Shown piece by piece: positions 12,550 to 25,896 of a DNA stretch of 64,000 bases (position 1 is the first letter of the stretch; every line of letters begins with the position of its first letter). A program made the translations under genes and the position numbers. The stretch is from Heterodontus francisci (Eukaryota): NCBI RefSeq assembly GCF_036365525.1, contig NC_090413.1, positions 28,844,262-28,908,261 of the forward strand. Direction: 5' to 3'. The notes under the pieces are model-generated. The model ran no database searches. It saw only the letters and a list, made by a program, of their open reading frames with translations, and was not told the origin of the DNA.

Positions 12550-13940
12550 ATACGAACACACGAATTAGGAACAGGAGTAGGCCACTCGGCCCTTCGACCT
12601 CTGCCATTCAATAAGTTCATGGCTGAACTGATCACTCCACATTTCCACCCCTTTGCTCATCAAGAATCTATCTACCTCTGCCTTAAAAATGTTCAAAGAC
12701 TCTGCTCCCACTGCCTTTTGAGGAATAGAATTCCAAAGACTCACGACCCTCTGAGAGAAAAAAAATTCTCCTCATCTCTGTCTTAAGGAATGACCCCTAG
12801 CTCTAGATTCTCCCATAAGGGGAAACATCCTTTCCACATTCACCTTGTCAAGACGCCTCAGAATCTTATATGTTTCAATCAAGTGGCCTCTTACTCTTCT
12901 AAATTCCAGCGGATACAAGCCTAGCCTGTCCAATCTTTCCTCACAAGACAGCCCATCCATTCCAGGTATTAGTCTAGTAAACCTGGTCTGTTCTGCCTCC
13001 AACGCATTTACATCCTTTCTTAAATAAGGAGACCAGTACTGTACACAGTACTCCAGATGTGGTCTCACCAATGCCCTGTATAGCTGAAGCATAACCTTCC
13101 TACTTTTGTATTCAATTCCACACGCAATAAATGATAGCATCCTATTAGCTTTCCTAGTTACTTGCCGTACCTGCATACTAACCTTTTGCGATTCATGCAC
13201 TAGGACACCCAGATCCCTCTGCATCTCAGAGCTCTGCAATCTCTCACCATTTAGATAATATGCTTCTTTTTTATTCTTGCTGCCAAAGTGGGCAATTTCA
13301 CACTTTCCCACATTTTCCTCCATCTGCCAGGTCTTTGCTCACTCACTTAACCTATCTATATTTCTTTATAGCCCCCTTATGTCCTCTTCACAAGCTACTT
13401 TACTACCTATCTTTGTGTCATCAACAAATTTCAGTCCCTTCATCTAAGTCATTTATATAAATTGTAAGAAGTTTAAGCCCCAGCACAGATCCCTGTGGCA
13501 CAACACTTGTAACATCTTGCCAACCAGAAAGTGACCCATTTATGCCTACTCTTTGTTTCCTGTTAGCTAGCCAATCATCTAACCGTGCCAATACGTTACC
13601 CCCTACACCATGAGCTTTTATTTTCTGCAATAACCTTTGATGTGACATCTTATCAAATGCCTTCTGGAAATCTAAGTACAATACATCCACCGGTTCCCTT
13701 TTATCCACAGCACTTGTAACTCTCTCAAAGAACTCCAATAAATTGGTTAAACATGATTTCCCTTTCACAAAACCATGTTGACTCTGCCTGATTACCTTGA
13801 ATTTTTCTAAATGCCCTGCTATAACGTCTTTAATAATAGCTTCTAACATTTTCCCCAAGACAGATGTGAAGCTAACTGGCCTGTCATTTCCTGATTTCTG
13901 TCTCCCTCCCTTTTTGAATAAAGGAGTTACATTTGCTATA
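12550..13940 (-). mobile_element. CR1 LINE RT/3' fragment
   Basis: ORFs 13421-14032 and 12772-13323 with RT motifs. Confidence 0.9.
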
Positions 13941-14384
13941 CAAATCCAGCACCATATACCAAACTTACATCTTCTAAACTCCTTAATCCAGATCCTTATA
14001 TAGAGAGCTTCTGCAAAGAGTCTGGTGTACAATGAGGCTACTCCTGCTCCCGGATACCCAGGATAGGTTTGTGTTGGCTAGAGTCCTCTCTACCTATTAG
14101 CATTCCCAATTTTTGCAGAAATCCGCTGCCCTGTTTGATTTTGGATCCAGAGGAGGAGCTTGTGCTGCTTGCTTAAAAGTCTTAAACCATGAAATGGAAC
14201 TGTGTAAATACATCTTCGACAGCACAAACTTCACTTGTATTCAGACATTGCAATCACTGAATAGAAGAGAAAATGCAGATTGCCCTGCACTCAGTGTTAG
14301 TGCAGTCCTAAAGGATTGAAGTTGACACCCAACAGGACTTCCAGATATGGATATAAATCAATAAATGGGAGAATACAGTTTGTA

Positions 14385-14765
14385 AACAACAATTTGCATT
14401 TATATAGTGCCTTTAACATAGTAAAACATCCCTAGGTCCTTTACAGAAGCGTTATCAAACAAATTTGACACCAAGCTACATAAGAAGATATGAGGACAGA
14501 TGACTGAAAAGAAAAAAAGACTTGCATTTATATAGTGCCCTACATGACCATGTCTCAAAGCGTTTTCCAGCCAACAAAGTACCTTTAGAAGTGTAGTCAC
14601 TATTGTAATGCAGGAAATGCAGCAGCCAGTATGGGCACAGAAAACTCTCACAAACAGCAATGTGATAGTGACCAGATAATCTGTTTTTGTGATGTTGATT
14701 GAGGGATAAATATTGGCCAGGACACCGGGGAGAACTGCCCTGCTCTTCTTCAAAGTAGTGCCATG
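14385..14765 (-). mobile_element. L2-type 3' tail plus Deu-domain SINE (SacSINE1/AmnSINE1-like)
   Basis: Minus strand catggcactactttgaagaagagcagggcagttctccccggtgtcctggccaatatttatccctcaa...tatataaatgcaagtc matches my recollection of the DeuSINE core; a degraded copy lies at ~31120-31400. Confidence 0.7.
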
Positions 14766-14950
14766 TAGAGGCCTGCTACCTGACCCAAACCCGAATGGAC
14801 CTGATGACATGTGTCGGGTTCAGGTCGGGTCCATCTTCTGGGGCCAGACTTTGGGCTCGGGTCAGGCTGGGCCAAATCCAGATCGAGTCAGGTCGGGTCA
14901 GGCCGGACAGACACGGTAGTTGCTCTGCTGGTAAGTATTAAAAATAAAAA
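14766..14950. mobile_element. Truncated hAT-like MITE (CCCGA-repeat family)
   Basis: Starts with TIR TAGAGGCCTGC; homologous to 27887-28355. Confidence 0.75.
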
Positions 14951-14954
14951 TACT

Positions 14955-15689
14955 GTGTGTGTGTGACTGACCTTCTGGAAGGAGATAAAAGTCAAATTTG
15001 CTGCAGAAGGAGGACAGAATTCCATAAAAAAGAGAAGACCAGAACCCAGCTCGCTTTCCGCAATTCCCTAAAAGATTCTGTAAAGTTCACTGTGTCGACT
15101 TGTCTTGTTTCCTGTATTTGAGAAAGGCTTGCTAAAAGTAATTCTCAACGCCACCTGATGAGAACTGTCCTGTGAAAGATTCTAGTGACCTGACTATATG
15201 TGCTCAGAAGTTAGACTGTATGCCAGTTTGGAACCAAATATCTCATCTGCTGTTCACTTCAAAAAATGAGCAAGTAATCTACCCAGGCTCTTTTTGTCTG
15301 CAACAGAGCTCTGATCTAAAAATCGTTTTTTACTTTTTCGGTTAACCGGTGTATTTGAGTGTGTGTGTGAGTTTGAAGGGACTAAGGTAAAAAGGGACTT
15401 TAAAATTTGGCTAAGGTAGAAAGGGGACTTTTAAAAATTTAATGTAGGAACTTTAAAAATTCGATCTGTGTGTTTATGTTTTACCTTATTACTAGTTAAG
15501 ACTTGTTTGATAATAAACTGTTATTTTTGTTGTTCAGTAAAGAAACCGAGTTAGTGTGTTCTATACTGGGGAATATACTGCATCTGATTGACTGTTTAAG
15601 TAAGTGGGAAAATTTAAAACAAATATGTTGTGACCTGTGGAGAAGTGGGACTGAATTAACAGTGCACTCCTCCCACCTCAGTCGTAACA
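14955..15689 (+). mobile_element. Partial LTR
   Basis: Contains AATAAA and ends ctcctcccacctcagtcgtaaCA, resembling the termini of the LTRs at 37165, 47714 and 48947. Confidence 0.5.
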
Positions 15690-16582
15690 GTTGGAAGATG
15701 GGAGGAGATGATTGGAATAGTCAAGTCCAGAGGTAACAAAGACATGGATGAGCTTTTCAGCTATAAAAGCTGTATTCTGCTCATTCACATATTTCATGTA
15801 AAATATACCAGTTTTCTCACTTCCACCTTAATTTTGCTGGAATCCTTTTCAATCCACCTTCCATAAAAGCTGGGAGAACACATGTAAGCATGTGTACTGT
15901 TGTTGTATTCAGCACACGCAACAAGGTGTCCATGTTATGGCCCCAGGGCATATTTTACTATACATTGGTAACGGAAGGTACACTTCAGATCGTAATGGAT
16001 GTGAGGTCTGATTACAGGAGAAACTGGTGATGCTGAATCTGTGAGTATCTAGTGCAGAACTCATAAATCTGTAGCAGTAAGATTAGTACAGTTGCTCTTA
16101 CACAGATCTTACAACTGGAGTACACATGCCAGGTAAATTAAGATTTGCTTGTGTGCATCAATACTTTTTATCTTCTTTCAGAGGCCCAAATGAGACACAG
16201 AATCAGAAGCCTTAAGAAATCATTGAAAGAGCAAGGTTCCCAAGTACTTACAATGTTCCATAATCTTTTATAAAGGCAGAACGTGTCTGACACATTCCTC
16301 CCAAGAATTAAAATTTAGCTCGTTCACTTGTAACTACTCTGGAGGTCTCCAAAGCATCAAGTATGCTTACTACAACAACCCAAGGAACCAGCTTAAAAGC
16401 CACTGATCAGTGAAATTTGTCCATAGTTTCAGGCTCACTCAGATCCCTTTTGTGAATAGAAATCATAACTGCACACTAGAAAACCAAATGTAAGCATGCC
16501 TATAACAGAATCTTATTCAGCCGCTGAACAAGTGCAAACTTGATATAAAGACAGAAAGTGCTGGAAATACTCAGCAGGTGAT

Positions 16583-19145
16583 ACAGTCGTAGAGTTATAC
16601 AGCACAGTAACAGGCCCTTCGGCCCACCGTGTCCGTGCCAGCCATCAAGCCTATCTATTCTAATCCCATTTTCCAGCACTTGGCCCGTAGCCTTCTATGC
16701 TATGGCATTTCAAGTGCCCATCTAAATACTTCTTAAATGTTGTGAGGGTTCCTGCCTCTACCACCCTTTCAGGCAGTGTGTTCCAGATTCCAACCACCGT
16801 CTGGATGAAAAATGTTTTCCTCAAATCCCCTCTAAACCTCCTGCTCCTTACCTTAAATCTATGCCCCCGGTTATTGTCAGCTCTGCTAAGAGAAAATGTT
16901 TCTTCCTATCTACCCTATCTATGCCCCTCATAATTTTGTATATCTTAATCAGGTCCCCCCTCAGCTTTCTCTGCTCTAAGGAAAACAACCCTAGCCTATC
17001 TAGTCTCTCTTCAATGCTCCAGCCCAGGCAACCTCCTGGTGAATCTCCTCTGCAGTTCTCCAGTGCAATCACATCCTTCCTATAGTGTGGTGACCAGAAC
17101 TGTACACAGTACACCAGCTGTGGCCTAACTAGCGTTTTATACACCTCCATCATAACCTCCCCGCTCTTATATTCTGTGCCTCGGCTAATAAAGGCAATTA
17201 TCCTCTATGCCTTCCTAACCACCTTATCTACCTGTGCTGCTGCCTTCAGTGATCTATGGACAAGTACACCAAGGTCCCTCTGACCCTCTGTACTTCCTAG
17301 GGTCCTACCACCCATTGTATATTCCCTTGCCTTGTTAGTCCTCCCAAAATGCATCACCTCACACTTCTCAGGATGAAATTCCATTTGCCACTGTTTCAGC
17401 CCATCTTGATCGTCCTGTAACCTAAGGCTTTCCTCCTCTCTATTTACGACACCACCAATCTTCGTGTCATCTGTGAACTTACTGATCATACCACCTATAT
17501 TCACGTCTAAATCATTAATGTACACTACAAACAGCAAGGGTCCCAGCACCGATCCCTGCGGTACACCACTGGTCACAGGCTTCCATTCGCAAAAACAATC
17601 CTCGACCATCACCCTCTGCCTCCTGCCATTAAGCCAATTTTGGATCCAATTTGCCAAATTGCCCTGGATCCCATGGGCTCTTACCTTCTTCACCAATCTC
17701 CCATGCGGGACCGTATCAAAAGCCTTACTGAAGTCCATGTAGACTACATCAACTGCTTTATCCTCATATACACATCTAGTCACCTCCTCAAAAAATTCAC
17801 TCAAGTTCGTTATTGATCTCCCCCAACAAAGCCATGCTGACTATCCCTGATTAATCCCTGCCTCTTGAAGTGGAGATTAATCCTGTCCCGCAGAATTTTT
17901 TCCAATAGTTTCCCTACCACTGATGTTAGACTCACTGGCCTGTAATTACCTGGTTTATCCCTGCTACCCTTCTTGAACAGTAATATCATATTCGCTGTCC
18001 TCCAGTCCTCTGGCACCTCTCCTGTGGCCAAAGAGGATTTGAAAATTTGTGTCAGAGCCCCTGCTATCTCCTCACATGCTTCACATAACAGCCTGGGATA
18101 CATCTCATCTGGGCCTGGGGATTTATCCACTTTTATGCCCGCTAAAACAGCTAATACTTTCTCCCTTTCAATACTAATATGTTCAAGTATATCACAATCC
18201 CCCTCCCTGATCTCTACACCTACATCGTCCTTCTTCATAGTGAACACAGATGAAAAGTAATCATTTGAAACCTCACCTACACCCTCCAGCTCCACACACA
18301 GATTGCCACTTTGGTCCCTAATGGGCCCTACTCTTTCCCTGGTTATCCTCTTGCCCTTAATATAGTTATAAAATGCCTTAGGATTTTCCTTTATCTTGCC
18401 CGCCAATGTTCTTTCATGCCCCCTCTTCGCTCTCCTAATTACTTTAAGTACCCCCCTACACTTTCTCTACTCCTCTAGGGCCTCTGCTGTTTTTAGCCCC
18501 CTGAATCTGCCATCAGCCTCCTTTTTTTTCCCTTATGCAATCCTCTATATTCCTTGACATCCAGGGTTCCCTAGACTGGTTGGTCTACCCTTCACCTTTA
18601 CGGGAACATGTTGACCCTGAACTCTCACTATTTCTTTTTTGAATGACTCCCACTGGTCTGATGTAGATTTCCCTACAAGTAGCTGTTCCCAGTCCACTTT
18701 AGCCAGATCCTGTTTTATCATATTGAAATCGGTCTTCCTCCAATTCAGTACCTTTATTTCGGTTCCATCTTTGTCCTTTTCCATAACTACCTTAAATCCT
18801 ACAGAGTTATGGTCACTATCCCCGAAATGCTACCCCTCTGACACTTCTACCACTTGTCCGGCTTCTTCCCTAAGATTAGATCCAGTACCACCCCTTCTCT
18901 TGTAGGGCTTTCTACGTGCTGGCTCAAAAAGCTCTCTTGTATGCACTTTAAGAATTCTGTCCCCTTTAAGCCTTTTGCACTACGACTATCCCAGTTAATA
19001 TTGGGGAATTTGAAATCCCCTACTATTATTACTCTATTATTTTTACACCTGTCTGAGATTTGCCTACATATCTGCTCCTCTATCTCTCCCTGACTATTTG
19101 GAGGCCTGTAGTACACTCCCAGCCAAGTGATTGCCCCCTTTTTGT
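16583..19145 (-). mobile_element. CR1 LINE ORF2 fragment with 3' tail
   Basis: YYRPPNSQ, VDKSPGPDEMYPR, YMDFSKAFD, KFTDDTK. Confidence 0.92.
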
Positions 19146-19146
19146 T

Positions 19147-19280
19147 TGACCAGATGAAAGGTCACAGACCTGAAATGCTAACTCTGCTTCTGTCTCCACA
19201 GATGCTGCCTGACCTGCTGAGTATTTCCAGCATTTTCTGTTTTTATTTCAAATTTCCAGCATCTGCAGTATTTTGCTCTT
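19147..19280 (+). mobile_element. Short Penelope-derived repeat with degenerate hammerhead core
   Basis: CAGATGA-A-AGGTC(aca)GACCT-GAAA followed by tctccacagatgctgcctgacctgctgagtatttccagca; related fragment at ~16545-16580 (-). Confidence 0.5.
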
Positions 19281-19847
19281 ATATAAGAGCAAACTTGATC
19301 CCTGTCGTGTGATTCATCATAATCACAGACCTGCACCAGGCTTTTGGCACTGTAAACCTGGCTGCTATGAGGTGTACCCTTCAAATTTACTTTATAATTA
19401 TGAAAGGCTGGCCAATATTGCCAGCATGTCCTACACTGTGACTCAATGCACCAGTGTAGCTATATTCTCTGCAATGCAACAGTAGAATAATTCCTCTAAG
19501 TTTCTACTGTCAGTGACTAAAATGTTGGAGTGTTGAAATAGATTAAAGGTTTAGCTCATGATTCTAAGCCCAGCCAAGTGGTGCAGCTCATTGATCTACC
19601 AACATAATTTTCAGCCTTGATTCTGCTTCTTAACTAGTTTACTTAGCTCTGATTTTCAACTTCCTCTCGTCTTGCCTTCATTCTACATCTCTCCATTATG
19701 TGATTAGGTCTTTGCTGTGTGGGAGCATTTGTACCACAGTTCATTATCTTACCAATACACTGCTGGCGGGTCTAAAACAGACATTCTGCAGAGTCACCAG
19801 TAATCTCTATCACTAACTATTATCTCATTAGAAGAACTTTGACTTAC

Positions 19848-20129
19848 TGTACACAACGACGACCCTTTTGTTCTCATTCAGTTTATTCTCCTCTGCTTGA
19901 CACATCACAGAACACGGCACAGAGATATCCCATGACTCAACACTTGGGAAAAGGTCAGCTATCCATTTACTACCAGATTTTCGGATAGGATTTATCCCCG
20001 ATTTATACTCCACCATAATTAATGGTTCAGAATCTGCACATGTTGTACTGCAGTTTGCTTTCAGAGAGTCTCCAAATTCCACTGCAGGGGGGTTTGTTTC
20101 GATCCGAACCTCAAATCCAACAACATTTG
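19848..20129 (-). CDS. Gene A Ig domain 1 exon (ICAM-type integrin-binding domain)
   Basis: ttggcag|CA...TAC A|gtaagt, 282 nt; FEVRIETNPPAVEFGDSLKANCSTTC...MVEY...CSVMC...VVVY; two CxxxC pairs diagnostic of ICAM/VCAM/MAdCAM D1. Confidence 0.92.
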
Positions 20130-20248
20130 CTGCCAAGAAAACAAATCACAGTAAATACAGAGGTTTAGAATAGATTTGGTGTAGGGCGTGTTCAGTGTAA
20201 CTCCCAGAGGTAACACAAAAACAAGCCTCTTTCAAAGTAGAACATATG

Positions 20249-21695
20249 GACCCGGATTTTGCAGTTGAAATAATCGTGAGGCTATCAGAGCCCAACATTA
20301 TTAAAGAGTAAATCGGATAGCAGTCCACATACGTGCAGTTAAATGCAGAAATCAGAAAGTTACTCTGCTCCTCCAGAAACAGCAGTATCTCACCAAGAGA
20401 TTGGGCATTCAAACACATGACAGTCATGAAGTTGAGGTACTTACTCACTGGATACCCACTAAGTTCTCCAGAAAAATTTAGGACTTATCCATTCCAGTGT
20501 AAGTGAATTTTTATCAGCCTTAATTAAAGAACCACTTGTGCACTGAAAATTAACTTTTACAAGTGTGTAATCTCATTCCTTTATATTTTAATTATTTAAA
20601 ATAATTAAAGCTTTTAAATACATTTTTAAATGTTTTCTTACTCTTTTATCTCCTCTTAATCCAAACTTTCTTTCCCTCTAGTTTGTTTTCTGTACATGAT
20701 TTGGCATCAAATTAAATATTCTAACTTAAACACTCTGATTCAGACTATGGCCGGAATTTTACGCCACTCCGGTGAGTGGGAGGGGGGAGGGGGTGGCGTA
20801 AGATGGAGCAGGGGGCTCTGGGAGACCTCCCTGACCTGCTCCCGCCTCCACCGCCACTTTACACACGGTGACGGCGCCAAAAAATGGCTCACCCGCCCCA
20901 GGCCTATCAAGGCCCTTAAGTGGCCACCTATCAGCCACTTAAAGGCCATCGCCTGCCTCCACGCAGATTTTACTCGTGGCAAGCGAGCGTCCTGGAGCCG
21001 GGAGAAGCTGCCTGACAAAAGCAGGTGGCTTCTCAGCGTCCCGAGGTGGCCCTCATGATCAGGCACCCTGTGCCTGATGAAGGGCCGTTCCTGCTACCCC
21101 AACTATCCCCAAGACCCAACACGCACTCACTTCCCCTCACTTGCCTCGCCGGGGCCCGACCGATTACCTCCGGCGAGGCAACCAAAACTTACCTTCCTTC
21201 CCGGCACCCCAGGCATCTTGTCTTCATGCTTGGCTGCAGTCCCAGCAGTGGCCACCGCTCCCATCGGTGCTGCTAAGACTAAGAGCTGCCAGCCTGCTGG
21301 TTAGCCGGCAGCTCTATTCGGCAGGACTTCCTACCTCAAGCGGGCGGAAGTCCCACCTCACACCAATTGAAGCCTGGGGACCCGCAAAATATGGATCAGA
21401 TCCCCAGGCAAGGCAGAAGCCGGTTCACCACCGACTTTTCAGTTGGTGGCCGGCTCCCATCCGCCTAGGTTAAAATTCCGGCCTGTGTCTCACTGAGGAT
21501 TCCTCAATATGATTGGTTAAGGAGACACACATTTGCTTGCCTTAATCACACAGCCCCCAGGATCTTTGTAGAGGACACTGTGCAGTTTTGGTTATCTGAA
21601 AACGTTAACTCTCAAAGGAAAAGCTGATAGAAAGTCTGTGGGCAAGTGTAAGTATAATGCATGACTAGTTCATCACCGAGAACAAAATCCTGACC
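20249..21695. mobile_element. Old non-autonomous TIR element hosting a younger MITE
   Basis: atg-gacccggattttgcag...caaaatcctgacc-atg; internal homology (acgtgcagttaaat) to 22188-23268. Confidence 0.55.
20749..21483. mobile_element. MITE, longer member of the 423-782 family, opposite orientation
   Basis: TAT-[GGCCGGAATTTTAC...TTAAAATTCCGGCC]-TGT; GC/CpG-rich interior homologous to 423-782. Confidence 0.85.
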
Positions 21696-22187
21696 ATGTC
21701 TGCAGTTTATTTTTTCCCACTGTCCCTCTGCGAGTAGCAATATTGCAATATTGGGAATGATATTTGTAAAGCCTTAAAATATTAAAGCTTTCTCAGAGCT
21801 CATTATTTCACAGTTATTAGAATTCTCTCTCTTTACAGATATCAAATATTTTTAATCAAAAAATTTGATGCTATTTGGATTACATATTTTTCTATTCATT
21901 TATAATAAAATGAAAGTGGAATTACAGCCAAATTATGTGATTCATACTTCCATATTTTACTTATTCCTCCATAAAACTTTTCTCATAATCTTAAAAATTC
22001 TGGGCCCTGAATATCCATGGAGTTCTTCCACCATAACCCTGAGAGAAATGTTGTGAATGATAGTCTGCACCATTTCTCTGGATGACCTGCCAATCTCCTA
22101 CTGGAGTAACCCCATTGCAAATCTCATTCACTGAACTCTTGCACATTTTATACCTTTATTTATGGCCTTAGCCTTTATTATAACATT

Positions 22188-23268
22188 GGCCCAGATTTTG
22201 CAGCAGTAATGATGGTGAAACAGTGTTCACTGTCATTATTCCTCTAAAACTGACAGCAACTTCTGGAGTCCACACGTGCAGTTAAATAAGGAAATCCAAA
22301 ACTTGCTGTCTGATTCTGTGCTTCACCAAATAGTGCACTGTGAAAGTCCCTGCAGCAGAGCATGGCTACCCGACCCGAACCCGATGGGACCTGACAACAT
22401 GTGTCGGGTTCGGGTCGGGTCGCACTTCCCGGTCTGGCCTTCAGGCTCGGGTTGTTTCGGGACAGGTCGTACACACGCTATTACCAATCGGTAAGTGGCT
22501 CCAATATTAATGTACTTTTTGAACTAGAAAGGTTGTTTAGCTACAGTTTTTTAAGCTTGTGCAGAAAAGCAACAAAGTGAAAAACTGAAGGTAGGTTAAC
22601 TGATCGTCGGGTTGGGTCGGGCGTGGGAAAAAATGAAAGGACTCGGGCCAGCTCGGGGTCAGGGTCGGATGTGGTTCTGTTGCGCTCAGGTCAGGTTTCA
22701 TTTGCAGAGCCGGCCTTCACTGCAGATGCCAGTTAGGAATCACTGAACTGATGAAAACTTTCCCTTTTACACCATTAGTCTTGCTGTAAAAAAAAACCCT
22801 TGAAAAAGTTGCACCTTGTTGAATGAGGTGTAACTGGGTTTTTAAACTATGTACTAACCTCAATAGTTTCACTGTACCTGAAAAACTAAGTTGTGGAATG
22901 TCAAATTCCTCCATTATGATATAAAAAAAAAAATCACATTTTTGAATTTTTAAAAGTTCATGATAGTTCAGTCTCTACCTTAATCCCATTTACTTTGCTC
23001 TCTAAAATGTTAAAGTGAAATATTGTGCTTTTTTTTTTTAATTCCTGGTTTGCTGTCTGTGGAATATTTTAGTGAGATTAACTGCATACCCTATCTGATG
23101 ACATCACTGTTGCTAGATACTTGGAAATCCCCTGGACTTGCCTAGATGCAAACTGACATGGGGAAAGGGGAAATTCACATGACAGAGATTGTTAGATTTT
23201 TGTGGACAGCTTTCTTCGAGGTCAATGGTGAACGCCGTCACTTGGCCACTAACTGCAAAATCCAAGTC
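22188..23268. mobile_element. Old TIR element with nested hAT-like MITE (~22357-22710)
   Basis: ggcccagattttgcag...ctgcaaaatccaagtc inverted termini; internal cccgacccgaacccga repeats. Confidence 0.6.
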
Positions 23269-23464
23269 ATGACATCTAACCTTCTCATAGCCGCTATGAA
23301 ATCACCAACTTCTTTGTTATCAGTAGTTTCTACTGGAGTGTTAAATACTGAAGGACAATTCTGTGCATAAAAACTAGGTATTCTCCTCATAACAGAAAAT
23401 GACTTGCTCAATTACAACCAGGTACCAGGAACTTGGATGACAAAACTGTCAAACACCCTCCATT

Positions 23465-24970
23465 CATAAGATCATAAGAACTAGGAGCAGGAGTAGGCCA
23501 TCCGGCCCCTCGAGCCTGCTCCGCCATTCAATAAGATCATGGCTGATCTTTTCGTGGACTCAGATCCACTTACCCGCGCTCCCACAGTATCCCTTAATTC
23601 CTTTATTGTTCAAAAAGATATCTACCTTAGCTTTAAAGACGTTTACTGAAGAAGCGTCAACTACTTCACTGGGCAAGGAATTCCATAGATTAACAACCCT
23701 CTGGGTGAAGAAGTTCCTTCTTAATTCAGTCCTAAATCTGCTCCCTCTAATCTTGAGGCTATGCCCTCTGTCCTAGCTTCACCTGCCAGTGGAAACATCC
23801 TCTCTACTTGTATCTTATCTATTCCCTTCATAATTTTACATGTTTCTATAAGATCCCCCCTCATTCTTCTGAACTCCAATGAATATAATCCCAATCTACT
23901 CAGTCTCTCCTCATAAGCCAACCCCCTCAACTCCGGAATCAACCTAGTGAACCTCCTCTGCACCCTCTCCAGTGCCAGTATATCCTTTCTCAAGTGAGGA
24001 GACCAAAACTGCACACAGTACTCCAGGTGCGGCCTCACCAGTACCTTATACAGCTGCAACATAACCTCTCTGCTTTTAAACTCAATCCCTTTAGCAATGA
24101 AGGACAAAATTCCATTTGCCTTCTGAATGACTTGCTGTACCTGCAGACCAACCTTCTGCGATTCATGCACAAGGACACCTAGGTCCCTCTGCATAGCAGC
24201 ATGCTGCAACTTTTTACCATTCAAGTAATAATCCTTTTTCCTGTTACTCCTACCGAAATGAATTACTTCACATTTACTAACATTGTATTCCATCTGCTAG
24301 ACCTTTGCCCACTCACTCAATGTATCTATGTTTCTCTGCAAAGTTTCAGAGTCATCTGCACACTTTGCTCTGCCACTCATCTTAGTGTCATCTGCAAACT
24401 TTGACACCCTACACGTGGTCCCCAACTCCAAATCATCTATATAAATTGTAAATAATTGTGGTCCCAACACCGATCCCTGAGGCACACCACTAGTGACTGA
24501 TTGCCAACCAGAATAGCACTCATTTATCCCACTCTCTGCTTCCTGTTAGTCAACCAATCCTCTATCCATGCTAATACTTTACCCCTGACGCCATGCATCC
24601 TTATCTTATGCAGCAGCCTCTTGTGCAGCACCTTGTCGAAGGCCTTTTGGAAATCTAGGTACACCACATCCACTGAGTCCCCATTGTCCACCTTGCCCGT
24701 AATGTCATCATAGACTTCCAAAAGATTGTCAAGCATAACCTGCCCTTCATGAACCCATGCTGCGTCTGCCCAACGGGACAATTTCTATCGAGATGCCCTG
24801 CTATTTCTTCCTTGATAATAGACTCAAGCATCTTCCCCACTACAGAGGTTAAGCTAACTGGTCTATAATTCCCCATCTTTTGTCTACCTCCCTTTTTAAA
24901 CAGTGGCGTCACATCTGCTGTTTTCCAATCTGCTGGGACTACCCCAGAGTCCAGCGAATTTTGGAAAATT
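23465..24970 (-). mobile_element. CR1 LINE RT/3' fragment
   Basis: [26 protein letters not shown]; tail cataagatcataagaactaggagcagg. Confidence 0.92.
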
Positions 24971-25896
24971 CAACTTGCTTTTACTGGAGGGTGACTTTCA
25001 GCCCCCAAATCCGACACCGTCTGTTGGTGCCCCCAACTGAAGCAAAGCGCCCAGCCCCAAACCCACTCAAAGCAAGTTATAAAGAGTTTCCCATTCTGCG
25101 TCCATCACAGTTTCCCCTTTATTGAAGAGCTGCAGCCTGCTGGGTTTTATGCTCCCCGGCCAACTGTGAGAGAGCTAAACTTTCAGGATAAACTTTTCAT
25201 GCCGTTAATTTACTGAAATTAGGGGATGAAACCTTGTTGCAAAAGCGACAGGGCGCGGGTTATCGTGTACGTGGGGGCGGAGGAATAAGATCTAATGCTG
25301 TCTGCATACTGCACGTTTGAACGATACCAACACTAACTGCCTATGGTGCAAACACCAATTCGAAAAGCTCTCCGTTTCAGCTGACTGAAGAAAGGCGGAG
25401 TACAGCGTGAATATTTCTCGATGGGAATAAAGTGAGCAGAAGGGCAGGTCAGTGTAATCATCCTAAACTCTTACTTCACGGCGTTGTGGCTTCCTTTGGT
25501 CGGATAAAGTGAACAGGGGCTTTCTGTCAGTGGGAAAGAATATGTAACCCATCTTACATTTATTATTACAAAGCACAATAAACATTGGAGAGAATGTGGA
25601 CTCATTTAGCATAAGGTAAAATAGGCGTGCGTCGGAGCAACATTTAAATATAAAATTAATCCTAAAGTGAAATAGATCCTCTCTTCGCTCCTTTAAGAAC
25701 AAACCAGAAACACGCACAATATTCTAGTTTCTGATGTTAATGAATAGCTAATTAAATGGCACAAAAGTCAATAACCAATTACAAAACAAACCCACAAGAT
25801 AAAACTTCCAGATATAAACATCTAACTACACATTCCAAATACAGTACGAATTTACTCAATAAATACTATCTATATATTTAAATAGTTTTTACCTAC

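Noticed and set aside
15155-15190. CTGATGA...GAAA hammerhead-like text
   Set aside because: No stem II or convincing stem I
23123-23132. NF-kB consensus sites (also 45364-45373)
   Set aside because: Several matches are expected by chance in 64 kb; this one lies inside a transposon
25475-25523. 49-nt candidate cassette exon with good acceptor and gtaaga donor in gene A intron 1
   Set aside because: Frameshifts the leader-to-D1 join; no supporting evidence, though a poison exon cannot be excluded
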